Of a stretch of 32,000 bases of DNA, positions 23,613-31,192 are shown in pieces (position 1 is the stretch's first letter; the number at the start of each line of letters is the position of its first letter). The stretch is from Geobacter metallireducens GS-15 (GTDB taxonomy: Bacteria; Desulfobacterota; Desulfuromonadia; Geobacterales; Geobacteraceae). Below the pieces are notes generated by a model. That model was not told the DNA's origin, did not search any database, and worked only from the letters and a program-made list of their open reading frames with translations. The stretch spans positions 3,540,001-3,572,000 of the forward strand of contig NC_007517.1 in NCBI RefSeq assembly GCF_000012925.1, written 5' to 3'. The position numbers and the translations under genes were made by a program.

Positions 23613-23743
23613 CTCGTTGATTTTTTGTCTATGACGACCCGACATCGGGTCACATTCCGGTCGATATCGATACCAGAGGCATGGGATATCCCATACAATG
23701 ACCCCATGCGGTTACACCACCACACACCGAAAGGAGATGTACC

Positions 23744-24016
23744 ATGAAGCAACTGATTGCAGCAGTAGCCCTCACCATCTTTGCCGCCGGGGCGGCCATG
23801 GCGGCCGACACCCTCACCTTCCCCGCCAAGAACGGCAACGTGAGCTTCGGCCACAAGAAGCACCAGCAAGTAGCGGGAAGCTGTAAGGCATGCCACGAAA
23901 AGGCCCCCGGCAAGATCGAAGGGTTCGGCAAGGACTGGGCCCACAAGACCTGCAAAGGGTGCCACGAGCAGAAGAAGGCCGGCCCCACCAAGTGCGGTGA
24001 GTGCCACAAGAAGTAA
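23744..24016 (+). CDS. ppcB: Periplasmic triheme cytochrome c7, PpcB-like (PpcA family)
   Basis: Signal peptide, then ADTLTFPAKNGNVSFGHKKHQ...CKACH...CKGCH...GPTKCGECHKK with three CxxCH motifs. AAAGGAG precedes the ATG. The symbol rests on similarity and on adjacency to the ppcC-like gene. Confidence 0.8.
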   Translation: MKQLIAAVALTIFAAGAAMAADTLTFPAKNGNVSFGHKKHQQVAGSCKACHEKAPGKIEGFGKDWAHKTCKGCHEQKKAGPTKCGECHKK

Positions 24017-24043
24017 TCTCTTCGGCCGAATCAGCCGGAACAG

Positions 24044-24069
24044 GGGGCGGAGCGATCCGCCCCTTTTTT
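24044..24069 (+). terminator. Intrinsic terminator after the ppcB-like gene
   Basis: GGGGCGGAgcgaTCCGCCCC followed by TTTTTT. Confidence 0.8.
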
Positions 24070-24107
24070 CATTGCCCCCTCCCCCCAAACCCGATATTCT
24101 CGACCGG

Positions 24108-26627
24108 ATGAAGCGGTACTTTTCAGAGCAGGCCATCCTCGACATGCGGGCCGCCATCGCGGCGGCGGGGGGAAACGAAGTCTTCTTCCTGGGGCGCACC
24201 GACGAAAACCGGATCGTGACCGAGGCGGAGCCCCTGGCCCGGGGGAACCGGGACGCGGTTGCCGCCATCATGATCGCCACCAGCTTCGGCGACGTGGTGA
24301 TCCACAACCACCCCTCAGGGAACCTTGACCCCTCCCAGGCCGACATCGAGATCGCATCCCTCCTGGGGAACCAGGGAGTCGGCTTTTCCATCGTGGACAA
24401 CGCCGTGGAGCGGTGCTATCAGGCGGTGGCCCCCTTTGCCCGGCGGGAGACAGAGCGGCTGTCATTCCCCGAGATCGAGCGGATTTTCGCGCCGGCCGGG
24501 GTCCTGGCAGCCAATCTCCCCGGTTACGAGCACCGGGAAGAGCAGCTCCGGATGGCCTTTGCCGTCACCGAGGCGTTCAATGACGACCGGGTGGCGGTCA
24601 TCGAGGCCGGCACCGGCACCGGCAAATCCCTCGCCTATCTCGTCCCGGCGGTGCTCTGGGCCATCCGCAACAAGGAGCGGATCGTCGTCTCCACCAACAC
24701 CATCAACCTCCAGGAACAGCTCATAAAAAAAGACATTCCCTTCCTCCAGCGCCACGCCGGGGTCCAGTTCCGGGCAGTCCTCGTGAAGGGTCGCTCCAAC
24801 TACCTCTGCCTCCGGAAACTGGCCGGAGTCAAAAGCGAACCATCCCTCTTCGCCGATGACCCGGCGGCCGGGGAACTGGAGGCGATCATCGCCTGGAGCG
24901 AAAAGACGGCCGAGGGATGCCGCAGCGATCTCTCCTTCATCCCCAAGCCGGAGACCTGGGAGGAGGTAGCCTGCGAGGCGGACCAGTGCGGCCGGATCAA
25001 GTGCCCCCTTTACGCCCGCTGCTTCTTCTACGGCGCCCGGCGCCAGGCGGCAAGCGCCGATGTCCTCGTGGTGAACCACGCGCTCCTCATGGCCGACGTG
25101 GCCCTGCGCCAGGAGACCGGCTACCGCTCCACCGCCATCCTCCCCCCCTTCGAACGGCTCATGGTGGACGAAGGGCACCACCTGGAGGACGTGGCCACCG
25201 GGCACCTCTCCTCTCAGGTCTCCCGCCAAGGGATCCTGAAGCTCCTGGGGCGCCTCCAGAATCCGCGCAAAGCCCAGCGGGGGCTCCTGCCCCAGCTCTC
25301 GGCCCAGCTCTCCCGGGAGGTGCCGGTGGAGCTGGACGACCTCTACCGGGACCTGGCCGAGCGGCTGGAGGAAAAGCTCATCTCCCGCACCCAGGAGCTG
25401 GCAGCCGGGGCGGTGCGGGCCATGGACGCCATCGGCCTCGCCCTCCTCTCCCACCTGAAGGGGAAGGGACCGGAGAACGGGGAAAAGAAGCTCCGGGTCA
25501 CCCCGTCCCTCTTCGGCTCAAAGCTCTGGCAGGAGACCGACGACGAGGCCCGGGAGCTGGCCGCGGACCTGAACACGTTCGTGCGGGAGCTGAAGGAATT
25601 CCTCACCGGGTGCGGACGGCTCCCGGAAGCGGTCCAGGAGAAGCTCTCGGGGCTCCTCGTGGACCTTCGGGGGGTGACGGGGCGCCTCGAAGCCTTGGCC
25701 GCGGACCTCCTCTTCTTCATCGGCCGGGACGGCGAAGTCTGCCGCTGGTTCGAGGTGAAAAAAGGGGCCAAGGGGATAGCGGTGAGGCTCTGCGCCTCCC
25801 CCCTGGAGGTGGCCGCCTCCCTCAAGCGAACTGTCTTCGACGCCTTCCGGACCGTGGTGGTCACCTCGGCCACCCTGGCGGTGGGGGAAACATTCGACTA
25901 CCTGGAAGGTCGGACCGGAATCGCCCTTCTGGACCGGGGACGAGTGACGGAGCTCCTCCTCGCATCCCCCTTCGACTACGAGCGCCAGGCCTTCGTCGGT
26001 ATCCCCGCCGACCTTCCCGAGCCCACGTCAAGGGGGTTCCAGGAGGCCCTGGAGGTGGCCCTCCACCGGGGGCTCGCCATCTCCAACGGCCACGCCTTCG
26101 TCCTTTTCACCTCCTACGACCTCCTCTCCCGCATCCACGGCAGGATGGCAGAGGCGCTGCGGCGCCGGGGGCTCACTCCCATGCGCCAGGGGGAGATCAA
26201 CCGGCACCACCTCCTGGCCCGGTTCCGGAAGGAGCCCAACGCGGTCCTTTTCGGCACCGACTCCTTCTGGGAAGGGGTCGACGTGCAGGGGAAGGCACTG
26301 GAGCTGGTGGTCATCACGCGACTCCCCTTCCGGGTACCGACGGAGCCGATTCTGGAGGCACGGGCCGACCACATCGCCCTCCGGGGAGGGGACCCCTTCA
26401 TGGAGTACACGGTCCCCCAGGCGGTCATCAAGTTCAAGCAGGGATTTGGGAGGCTGATCCGGAGCAGGGAGGACCGGGGAGCGGTCCTGATCCTCGACAG
26501 CCGGGTGCTTTCGAAAAACTACGGGCGGTTTTTCCTCCGGTCGCTGCCGCCGGTACGGCTTGCGGACGGCGGCAGCGGGGAGGTCTTCGGGGAGATGGAG
26601 CGGTTTTTCAGCTCTTCGCCTTCATGA
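24108..26627 (+). CDS. dinG: DinG/XPD-family Fe-S DNA helicase with an N-terminal JAB/MPN (JAMM) domain
   Basis: One continuous ORF. Residues ~1-110 carry E (NEVFFLG) and HNHPSGNLDPSQAD (JAMM H-x-H-x7-S-x2-D). Next come Walker A (AGTGTGKS), a 4-Cys cluster (CEADQCGRIKCPLYARC), a DEAH-type box (DEGHHLED) and C-terminal helicase motifs (TSATL, FGTDSFWEGVD, QG.GRLIR). I placed the start after the ppcB terminator. No clear SD precedes it. Confidence 0.85.
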   Translation: MKRYFSEQAILDMRAAIAAAGGNEVFFLGRTDENRIVTEAEPLARGNRDAVAAIMIATSFGDVVIHNHPSGNLDPSQADIEIASLLGNQGVGFSIVDNAVERCYQAVAPFARRETERLSFPEIERIFAPAGVLAANLPGYEHREEQLRMAFAVTEAFNDDRVAVIEAGTGTGKSLAYLVPAVLWAIRNKERIVVSTNTINLQEQLIKKDIPFLQRHAGVQFRAVLVKGRSNYLCLRKLAGVKSEPSLFADDPAAGELEAIIAWSEKTAEGCRSDLSFIPKPETWEEVACEADQCGRIKCPLYARCFFYGARRQAASADVLVVNHALLMADVALRQETGYRSTAILPPFERLMVDEGHHLEDVATGHLSSQVSRQGILKLLGRLQNPRKAQRGLLPQLSAQLSREVPVELDDLYRDLAERLEEKLISRTQELAAGAVRAMDAIGLALLSHLKGKGPENGEKKLRVTPSLFGSKLWQETDDEARELAADLNTFVRELKEFLTGCGRLPEAVQEKLSGLLVDLRGVTGRLEALAADLLFFIGRDGEVCRWFEVKKGAKGIAVRLCASPLEVAASLKRTVFDAFRTVVVTSATLAVGETFDYLEGRTGIALLDRGRVTELLLASPFDYERQAFVGIPADLPEPTSRGFQEALEVALHRGLAISNGHAFVLFTSYDLLSRIHGRMAEALRRRGLTPMRQGEINRHHLLARFRKEPNAVLFGTDSFWEGVDVQGKALELVVITRLPFRVPTEPILEARADHIALRGGDPFMEYTVPQAVIKFKQGFGRLIRSREDRGAVLILDSRVLSKNYGRFFLRSLPPVRLADGGSGEVFGEMERFFSSSPS

Positions 26628-27063
26628 GCTTCTTCGCGGCGTAGTTAAAGCACTGGAAGTAGGTGAGGTAGGAGAGGAGGAACACGGCCAGGATCATGAA
26701 CTGGATCTGGGGCGCACTGGGGGCCCTGAGGGTAAAGGTGAAGAAGAAGATGATCAGGGCGCCCTTCAGGATGTCGCTGAAGACCCGCTTGCGCCGCAAC
26801 GCCTGCTGCTCGTCGGCGGTGAGCCCCGCGGCTGCCGATGATACCTCCCGCCGGGCATCGCCGAGGGCGAACTTGTAAACGGGGTAGAAGAGAATCAGCT
26901 GGATCACCACCACCCGGATGATGCTGTTCATGAAGACCTGGGAAGGAACCTTCCCCAGGAGCACGAAGGACATGCCGGCAAGGAGGATCAGGAGAAAAAC
27001 CTGGACGAATCCGTGGATAACCGTAAGCTTGCGCAACCGGGTAAAATCAAACGTTTGTGCCAT
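26608..27063 (-). CDS. Integral membrane protein of unknown function (about 4 TM segments)
   Basis: 151 aa from the ATG preceded by GGGGAG. Hydrophobic segments alternate with K/R-rich loops. The upstream part of track ORF 26608-27405 overlaps the pckA 3' end and is unsupported. Confidence 0.6.
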   Translation of the reverse strand: MAQTFDFTRLRKLTVIHGFVQVFLLILLAGMSFVLLGKVPSQVFMNSIIRVVVIQLILFYPVYKFALGDARREVSSAAAGLTADEQQALRRKRVFSDILKGALIIFFFTFTLRAPSAPQIQFMILAVFLLSYLTYFQCFNYAAKKLMKAKS

Positions 27064-27111
27064 GGGAACTCCCCGCCGTAAGATGGATAACGCGTCAAAC
27101 CGTTGCCACGC

Positions 27112-27140
27112 ACTGTAGCAAATAAAATATCGTTTTACAA
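27112..27140 (-). promoter_or_regulatory. Candidate sigma-70 promoter for the membrane-protein gene
   Basis: On the minus strand, TTGTAA-N17-TACAGT lies about 50 nt upstream of ATG 27063. Confidence 0.4.
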
Positions 27141-27171
27141 TAGTGCAGTGCGTTTTGCATTTGTACTCAAG

Positions 27172-27202
27172 AAAAAAGGCCCCCTCCCCGGGAGCCTTTT
27201 TT
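27172..27202 (-). terminator. Intrinsic terminator after pckA
   Basis: The minus-strand RNA AAAAAAGGCUCCCggggaGGGGGCCUUUUUU forms a 7-bp stem (one G-U pair) followed by a U-run. Confidence 0.6.
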
Positions 27203-27232
27203 CGTTCACCGTTACCTCGCGCGCTAAAAAAC

Positions 27233-28840
27233 CTACATGACCTCTGCCACTCCGGCTGAAACATAGGAGCGATACTGCTCGAAGTTCTTGCGGAAACGCT
27301 CCACGAGCATAGTTGCGGTTTCGTCGTACTTCGTTTTGTCGACCCAGGTGTTCTTCGGATTGAGGACCTCGGCGGGGACACCGGAGCAGCCGGTGGGGAT
27401 GTCAAGGCCGAAGAACTGGTCCTTCACGAAGGAACCGGCATTGAGGGTCCCGTCGATGGCGGCGTTGACCAGGGCGCGGGAGTAGGCGATCTTCATGCGG
27501 GAGCCGACGCCGTAGGGGCCGCCACTCCAGCCGGTGTTCACGAGCCAGCAGCTGACCCCATGCCGGGCTATTTTCTCACCGAGAAGCTTGGCGTAGACCG
27601 ACGGGTGGAGCGCCATAAAGGGAGCGCCGAAGCAGGCGGAAAAGGCCGCCTGGGGCTCGGTGATCCCTGCCTCGGTACCGGCCACCTTGGCGGTGTAGCC
27701 GGAGAGGAAGTGGTACATGGCCTGGTCAGGGGTGAGCCGGGCAATGGGGGGAAGGACCCCGAAGGCGTCGCAGGTGAGCATGATGATATTGGTCGGATGT
27801 CCCCCCATCCCCGATTTCACGATGTTCGGGATGTGGGTGATGGGGTACGAGGCCCGGGTATTCTCGGTGAAGGAGTCGTCGTTCAGGTCGATGCGCCGGC
27901 TCACGGTGTCGATGGCCACGTTTTCCAGTATCGTTCCGAAGCGCCGCGTGGTCTGGTAGATCTCCGGCTCGGCCTCGGGAGAGAGGTTGATGATCTTGGC
28001 ATAGCACCCCCCCTCGAAGTTGAAGACGCCGCTGTTGTCCCAGCCGTGCTCGTCGTCACCGATGAGCCGGCGCCGCGGGTCGGCGGAGAGGGTGGTCTTG
28101 CCGGTGCCGGAAAGGCCGAAGAAGACTGCCACGTCGTCTTTCTCTCCCACGTTGGCGGAGCAATGCATGGAGAGGACATTCTTGTGCTGGGGAAGGAGGT
28201 AGTTGAGGATGGTGAAGATGGATTTTTTGATCTCGCCGGCATAGCTGGTGCCGCCGATGATGATGAGCCTCTTTTCGAAGTTGACGATGATGAAGGTCTC
28301 GGTGTTGGTGCCGTCCACGGAGGGGATTGCGTGGAAAGCGGGGAGGTCGATGACCGTGAAACCCGGCTTGAAGCCGACCAACTCCTCGGGGGTTGCCCGC
28401 ACGAACATGTTGCGGGCGAAGAGGGAGTGCCAGGCACGCTCAGTGATGACCCTGACCGGAAGCCGGTGGTCGGGGCTGCACCCCGCAAAGCACTCCTGAA
28501 CGAAAATGTCCTTGCCATGGAGATAGGCCAGCATCCGGCCGAAGAGGGCGTCGAATTTGGCGGAGTCGAAGGGCTGGTTCACTTTGCCCCAGGCGATGTG
28601 GTCGTTGCTGGAGGGCTCATCGACAATGAACTTCTCGTTGGCTGCCCGGCCGGTGTAATGGCCGGTCTTCACCGCAACGGCGCCCAGATGGGTCACGAGC
28701 CCCTCGCCCCGCTTCACGATCTGCTCGTAGAGCACGGCGGTCGGGGGGGTCCAGTAGATGAGGTTCGCGTTGGTAATCCCATGCTCCTCGAGCCCGGTGC
28801 CTCTGGTTATGTCGTTCAGTCTCACGGTCGTCACCTCCAT
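27233..28840 (-). CDS. pckA: Phosphoenolpyruvate carboxykinase (ATP)
   Basis: 535 aa. It has the kinase-1a motif GLSGTGKTTLS plus the IGDDEH and FNFEGGCYAK blocks. The start is ambiguous: ATG 28840 has no SD, while GTG 28825 lies 6 nt after GGAGGTG. Confidence 0.93.
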   Translation of the reverse strand: MEVTTVRLNDITRGTGLEEHGITNANLIYWTPPTAVLYEQIVKRGEGLVTHLGAVAVKTGHYTGRAANEKFIVDEPSSNDHIAWGKVNQPFDSAKFDALFGRMLAYLHGKDIFVQECFAGCSPDHRLPVRVITERAWHSLFARNMFVRATPEELVGFKPGFTVIDLPAFHAIPSVDGTNTETFIIVNFEKRLIIIGGTSYAGEIKKSIFTILNYLLPQHKNVLSMHCSANVGEKDDVAVFFGLSGTGKTTLSADPRRRLIGDDEHGWDNSGVFNFEGGCYAKIINLSPEAEPEIYQTTRRFGTILENVAIDTVSRRIDLNDDSFTENTRASYPITHIPNIVKSGMGGHPTNIIMLTCDAFGVLPPIARLTPDQAMYHFLSGYTAKVAGTEAGITEPQAAFSACFGAPFMALHPSVYAKLLGEKIARHGVSCWLVNTGWSGGPYGVGSRMKIAYSRALVNAAIDGTLNAGSFVKDQFFGLDIPTGCSGVPAEVLNPKNTWVDKTKYDETATMLVERFRKNFEQYRSYVSAGVAEVM

Positions 28841-28974
28841 GGGGGATTAGGTTTTGCCCAGATAGAGAAACTGACACCTTTACTAGCACAAGAAAATATC
28901 AAGCACCAGTAAAAACCAGAAAAACCGGCACGTTAGAAGGGGGAAAACGCTTCCCGGTGAACGTGCGCCTCGCA

Positions 28975-29002
28975 TTGACAGCAGTATCGGCGTTGCTACA
29001 AT
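28975..29002 (+). promoter_or_regulatory. Near-consensus sigma-70 promoter for the ferredoxin-rubredoxin pair
   Basis: TTGACA-N16-TACAAT lies about 30 nt upstream of the ferredoxin start. Confidence 0.55.
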
Positions 29003-29032
29003 TGGGGACATCGGGAATTTCAAAGGAGGGAA

Positions 29033-29230
29033 ATGTCAATGGCACGAAGACCATGGGTGGATCAGGAAGCGTGCATAAGCTGCGGACTCTGCGTGTCGGT
29101 CTGCCCCGGCGTATTCCGGTTCGCCGAGAACGGCAAATCGGAGGCCTACGATCCGGCAGGGGCCTCGGAGCAGGAAATCCAGCAGGCCATCGATGGCTGT
29201 CCGGTCCAGGCAATCAGTTGGAAGGAGTAG
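29033..29230 (+). CDS. Small monocluster ferredoxin
   Basis: CISCGLCVSVCP plus a distal CP (DGCPVQAI). AGGAGGG lies upstream. The second ATG (29039) has better SD spacing. Confidence 0.85.
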   Translation: MSMARRPWVDQEACISCGLCVSVCPGVFRFAENGKSEAYDPAGASEQEIQQAIDGCPVQAISWKE

Positions 29231-29266
29231 CCGCAGCAAAACAAAAAAGAGAGGAGACTGAACACC

Positions 29267-29425
29267 ATGCAATCATGGAGATGCACCATCTGCCAGTACA
29301 TTTACGACCCGGCAGCAGGGGACCCGGAAAACGGCATCGCCCCGGGAACTCCCTTTGAAGATCTGCCCGACAGCTGGGTCTGCCCCCTCTGCGGAGCGGG
29401 CAAGGAGATGTTCGAGGAAGTTTGA
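29267..29425 (+). CDS. Rubredoxin (52 aa; not in the supplied ORF track)
   Basis: My translation is [52 protein letters not shown], the classic rubredoxin pattern with CxxC ... CPxCG. GAGAGGAG precedes the ATG. Confidence 0.9.
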   Translation: MQSWRCTICQYIYDPAAGDPENGIAPGTPFEDLPDSWVCPLCGAGKEMFEEV

Positions 29426-29454
29426 CGACGTACCGGCAATGCCGGTCCGCTCGG

Positions 29455-29486
29455 GAAGAAGCCTCTCCTCACGGGGAGGCTTCTTC
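29455..29486. terminator. Hairpin shared by the convergent rubredoxin and zinc-ribbon genes
   Basis: GAAGAAGCCTC (29455-29465) and GAGGCTTCTTC (29476-29486) form a perfect 11-bp stem. The + strand continues TATTTCCCCTTTTT. Confidence 0.6.
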
Positions 29487-29665
29487 TATTTCCCCTTTTT
29501 CCCGGCCTTGATGATATCGATCTCGGGTTCTCCCTTCACGATCCGAACACGCCAGACGAGACCGCACTCACCGCACTCCTTGACGGGAGACTCCTCTGCA
29601 GAGAACCCCTCGGAATGAATATCGATCTCCACCGAAGTTCTATTGCCGCAATTGGGGCATTTCAT
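29486..29665 (-). CDS. 59-aa zinc-ribbon protein (not in the supplied ORF track)
   Basis: My codon-by-codon translation is MKCPNCGNRTSVEIDIHSEGFSAEESPVKECGECGLVWRVRIVKGEPEIDIIKAGKKGK. It has two CxxC pairs, a strong SD (AAAGGAGAAAGAACG before the ATG), and GC-rich third positions. Confidence 0.6.
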   Translation of the reverse strand: MKCPNCGNRTSVEIDIHSEGFSAEESPVKECGECGLVWRVRIVKGEPEIDIIKAGKKGK

Positions 29666-29776
29666 CGTTCTTTCTCCTTTTTGCCGGATCTCCCCGCAGG
29701 CAGAGAGCGTGGCTCGTTCACCACAGCACAGTATAGCAGGAGGTGAGAAAAAGTCAGGGCGTCACACAAAATTTCA

Positions 29777-30850
29777 TTAACCGAGTACGGCGAGGCATTC
29801 ATCAATCACAGCAAGGAACTCCTCCAGGTCGGAACGCTGCATATCCCCCATATGGGGAATCCGGAAGGTCTTCCCCTTGATCTTGCCGTAGCCGTCGTCA
29901 AAGGCGAAGCCCCGCTCGCCAAGCATCTTTTTGAGGCTAGCAAGATCGGTGCCACGGGAGTTTACGGCACAGGTAAGGGTCATGGAACGGTAGGCCTCCT
30001 CGGCGAAGAAACCGTACCCGCGGTCCGACACCCAGCCCCGCACGAAGTCGGCCAGGGCCCGATGCCTGGCCCAGCGTTGTTCGAACCCCTCGGCGAACAT
30101 CCGCTCCAGCTGCTTGTCCATGGCGTAGATCAGCGAAATGCACGGGGTGGAGGGCGTATTGTTCTTGGCGTCGCTTGCCTCGAATTCGAGGAAATCGAAG
30201 TAGTAGCCGCGCCCCTCGACGGTGCGGGCCCGGGCCAGCGCTTTTTCGCTCGCCGTAAAAACGGCAAGGCCGGGAGGAAGCGCGAAGGCCTTCTGGACGC
30301 CGAAAATGCAGCAGTCGATGCCGAGTTCATCCACCGGAATCGGGAGGGCGCTCATGGAAGAGACGGTGTCGATGATGGAGACCACATCAGGGTACTTTCG
30401 AAGCACCGCGGCGATCTCCGGCAGGGGGGACATGACGCCGGTTGATGTTTCGTTGTGGATAAGGGTAAGGCTGTCGTATTTTCCCGTGGCCAGTGCCTCG
30501 TCAACCAGTTCCGCGGTAATCGGCTTTCCCCATTCCACCTTGACCGCATCGGCCTCTTTGCCGCAACGACGCGTCACATCGTGCCACTTGTCGGAAAAAG
30601 CGCCGTTGCAGAAATTGACGCAGCGCCCTGCCACCAGGTTGCGCACCGCCCCTTCCATGGCGCCGAAGGCGCTGGAAGTCGAGAGAAAAACCTTCGCCTC
30701 GGTTGCGAGGAGCTTTTTGAGCCCCGTCGTCACCCTGCCGTGGAGAGTTGCGTACTCCGCCATCCGGTGGCCGACCATGGGGGTCGCCATTGCCTGAAGG
30801 ATATCGGGATGGACCTCAACCGGTCCGGGGATAAAAAGCTTCTTTGCCAT
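29777..30850 (-). CDS. Class-V PLP aminotransferase (alanine/serine-glyoxylate aminotransferase family)
   Basis: 357 aa from the ATG preceded by GAGGAG. It has an FIPGPV N-terminus, an IHNETSTGV block, and a PLP-lysine context (FGVQKAF). Confidence 0.85.
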   Translation of the reverse strand: MAKKLFIPGPVEVHPDILQAMATPMVGHRMAEYATLHGRVTTGLKKLLATEAKVFLSTSSAFGAMEGAVRNLVAGRCVNFCNGAFSDKWHDVTRRCGKEADAVKVEWGKPITAELVDEALATGKYDSLTLIHNETSTGVMSPLPEIAAVLRKYPDVVSIIDTVSSMSALPIPVDELGIDCCIFGVQKAFALPPGLAVFTASEKALARARTVEGRGYYFDFLEFEASDAKNNTPSTPCISLIYAMDKQLERMFAEGFEQRWARHRALADFVRGWVSDRGYGFFAEEAYRSMTLTCAVNSRGTDLASLKKMLGERGFAFDDGYGKIKGKTFRIPHMGDMQRSDLEEFLAVIDECLAVLG

Positions 30851-30939
30851 AAAGTCTCCTCGGGAAGAAGGAATCGAAACTGATACGGGGGATACGGGCC
30901 TTGCAAAGCGCCCATTCACGGTGCTATCGAGAGCTTAAT

Positions 30940-30968
30940 AAATTAGCAAAATCCGCCCAAACTGTCAA
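30940..30968 (-). promoter_or_regulatory. Candidate sigma-70 promoter for the aminotransferase gene
   Basis: On the minus strand, TTGACA-N17-TAATTT lies about 90 nt upstream of ATG 30850. Confidence 0.5.
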
Positions 30969-31085
30969 GGGAGGCACCACACAGCAAACCACCATTTTAA
31001 GAATTCACTCATAAGCCAGACCCTCCATTCGATTTCATGCTTCCCCGGTCCGGCAAGGCTTTTATTCAAAACAATTTTTTTAGGT

Positions 31086-31115
31086 TTGACAAACTGCCAA
31101 GTCTGACGGTAAGTT
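31086..31115 (+). promoter_or_regulatory. Candidate sigma-70 promoter for the multihaem cytochrome gene
   Basis: TTGACA-N18-TAAGTT lies about 78 nt upstream of ATG 31193. Confidence 0.5.
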
Positions 31116-31192
31116 TAAGAGCTTTGGATTCGGTGGTGTCAATACGACAACCCATTCCACAACAAAAAAGTGTTTTATTTGGAGGAAAAGGT

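Noticed and set aside
23997-24107. N-terminal extension of the helicase ORF
   Set aside because: It overlaps the ppcB-like gene's end and runs through its intrinsic terminator (24044-24069). The translation is Pro/Arg-rich filler.
24917-26644. 575-aa alternative-frame ORF inside the helicase gene, and the antisense 24462-25454 (-)
   Set aside because: The translation is extremely Arg/Pro/Gly-rich with no motifs. The overlapping frame carries the complete helicase motif set.
27064-27405. Upstream extension of the membrane-protein ORF (26608-27405)
   Set aside because: It crosses the pckA terminator and the 3' end of pckA. The internal ATG at 27063 has an SD and begins the hydrophobic protein.
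27560-28912. 450-aa + strand ORF
   Set aside because: It is antisense to pckA, which has clear kinase-1a and PEPCK blocks.
29355-29618. 87-aa + strand ORF
   Set aside because: It overlaps the rubredoxin 3' end out of frame, reads through the shared hairpin, and is antisense to the zinc-ribbon ORF. It has no SD.
30965-31060. GEMM-I (cyclic dinucleotide) riboswitch upstream of the multihaem cytochrome, suggested by CACACAGCAAACCACC and AAGCCAGACC
   Set aside because: It shares only short fragments with the GEMM-I consensus (ACGCACAGGGCAAACC / GACGCAAAGCC). It has no P1/P2 helices with a GNRA loop. It also lies upstream of the best + strand promoter (31086-31115), between two divergent promoters.
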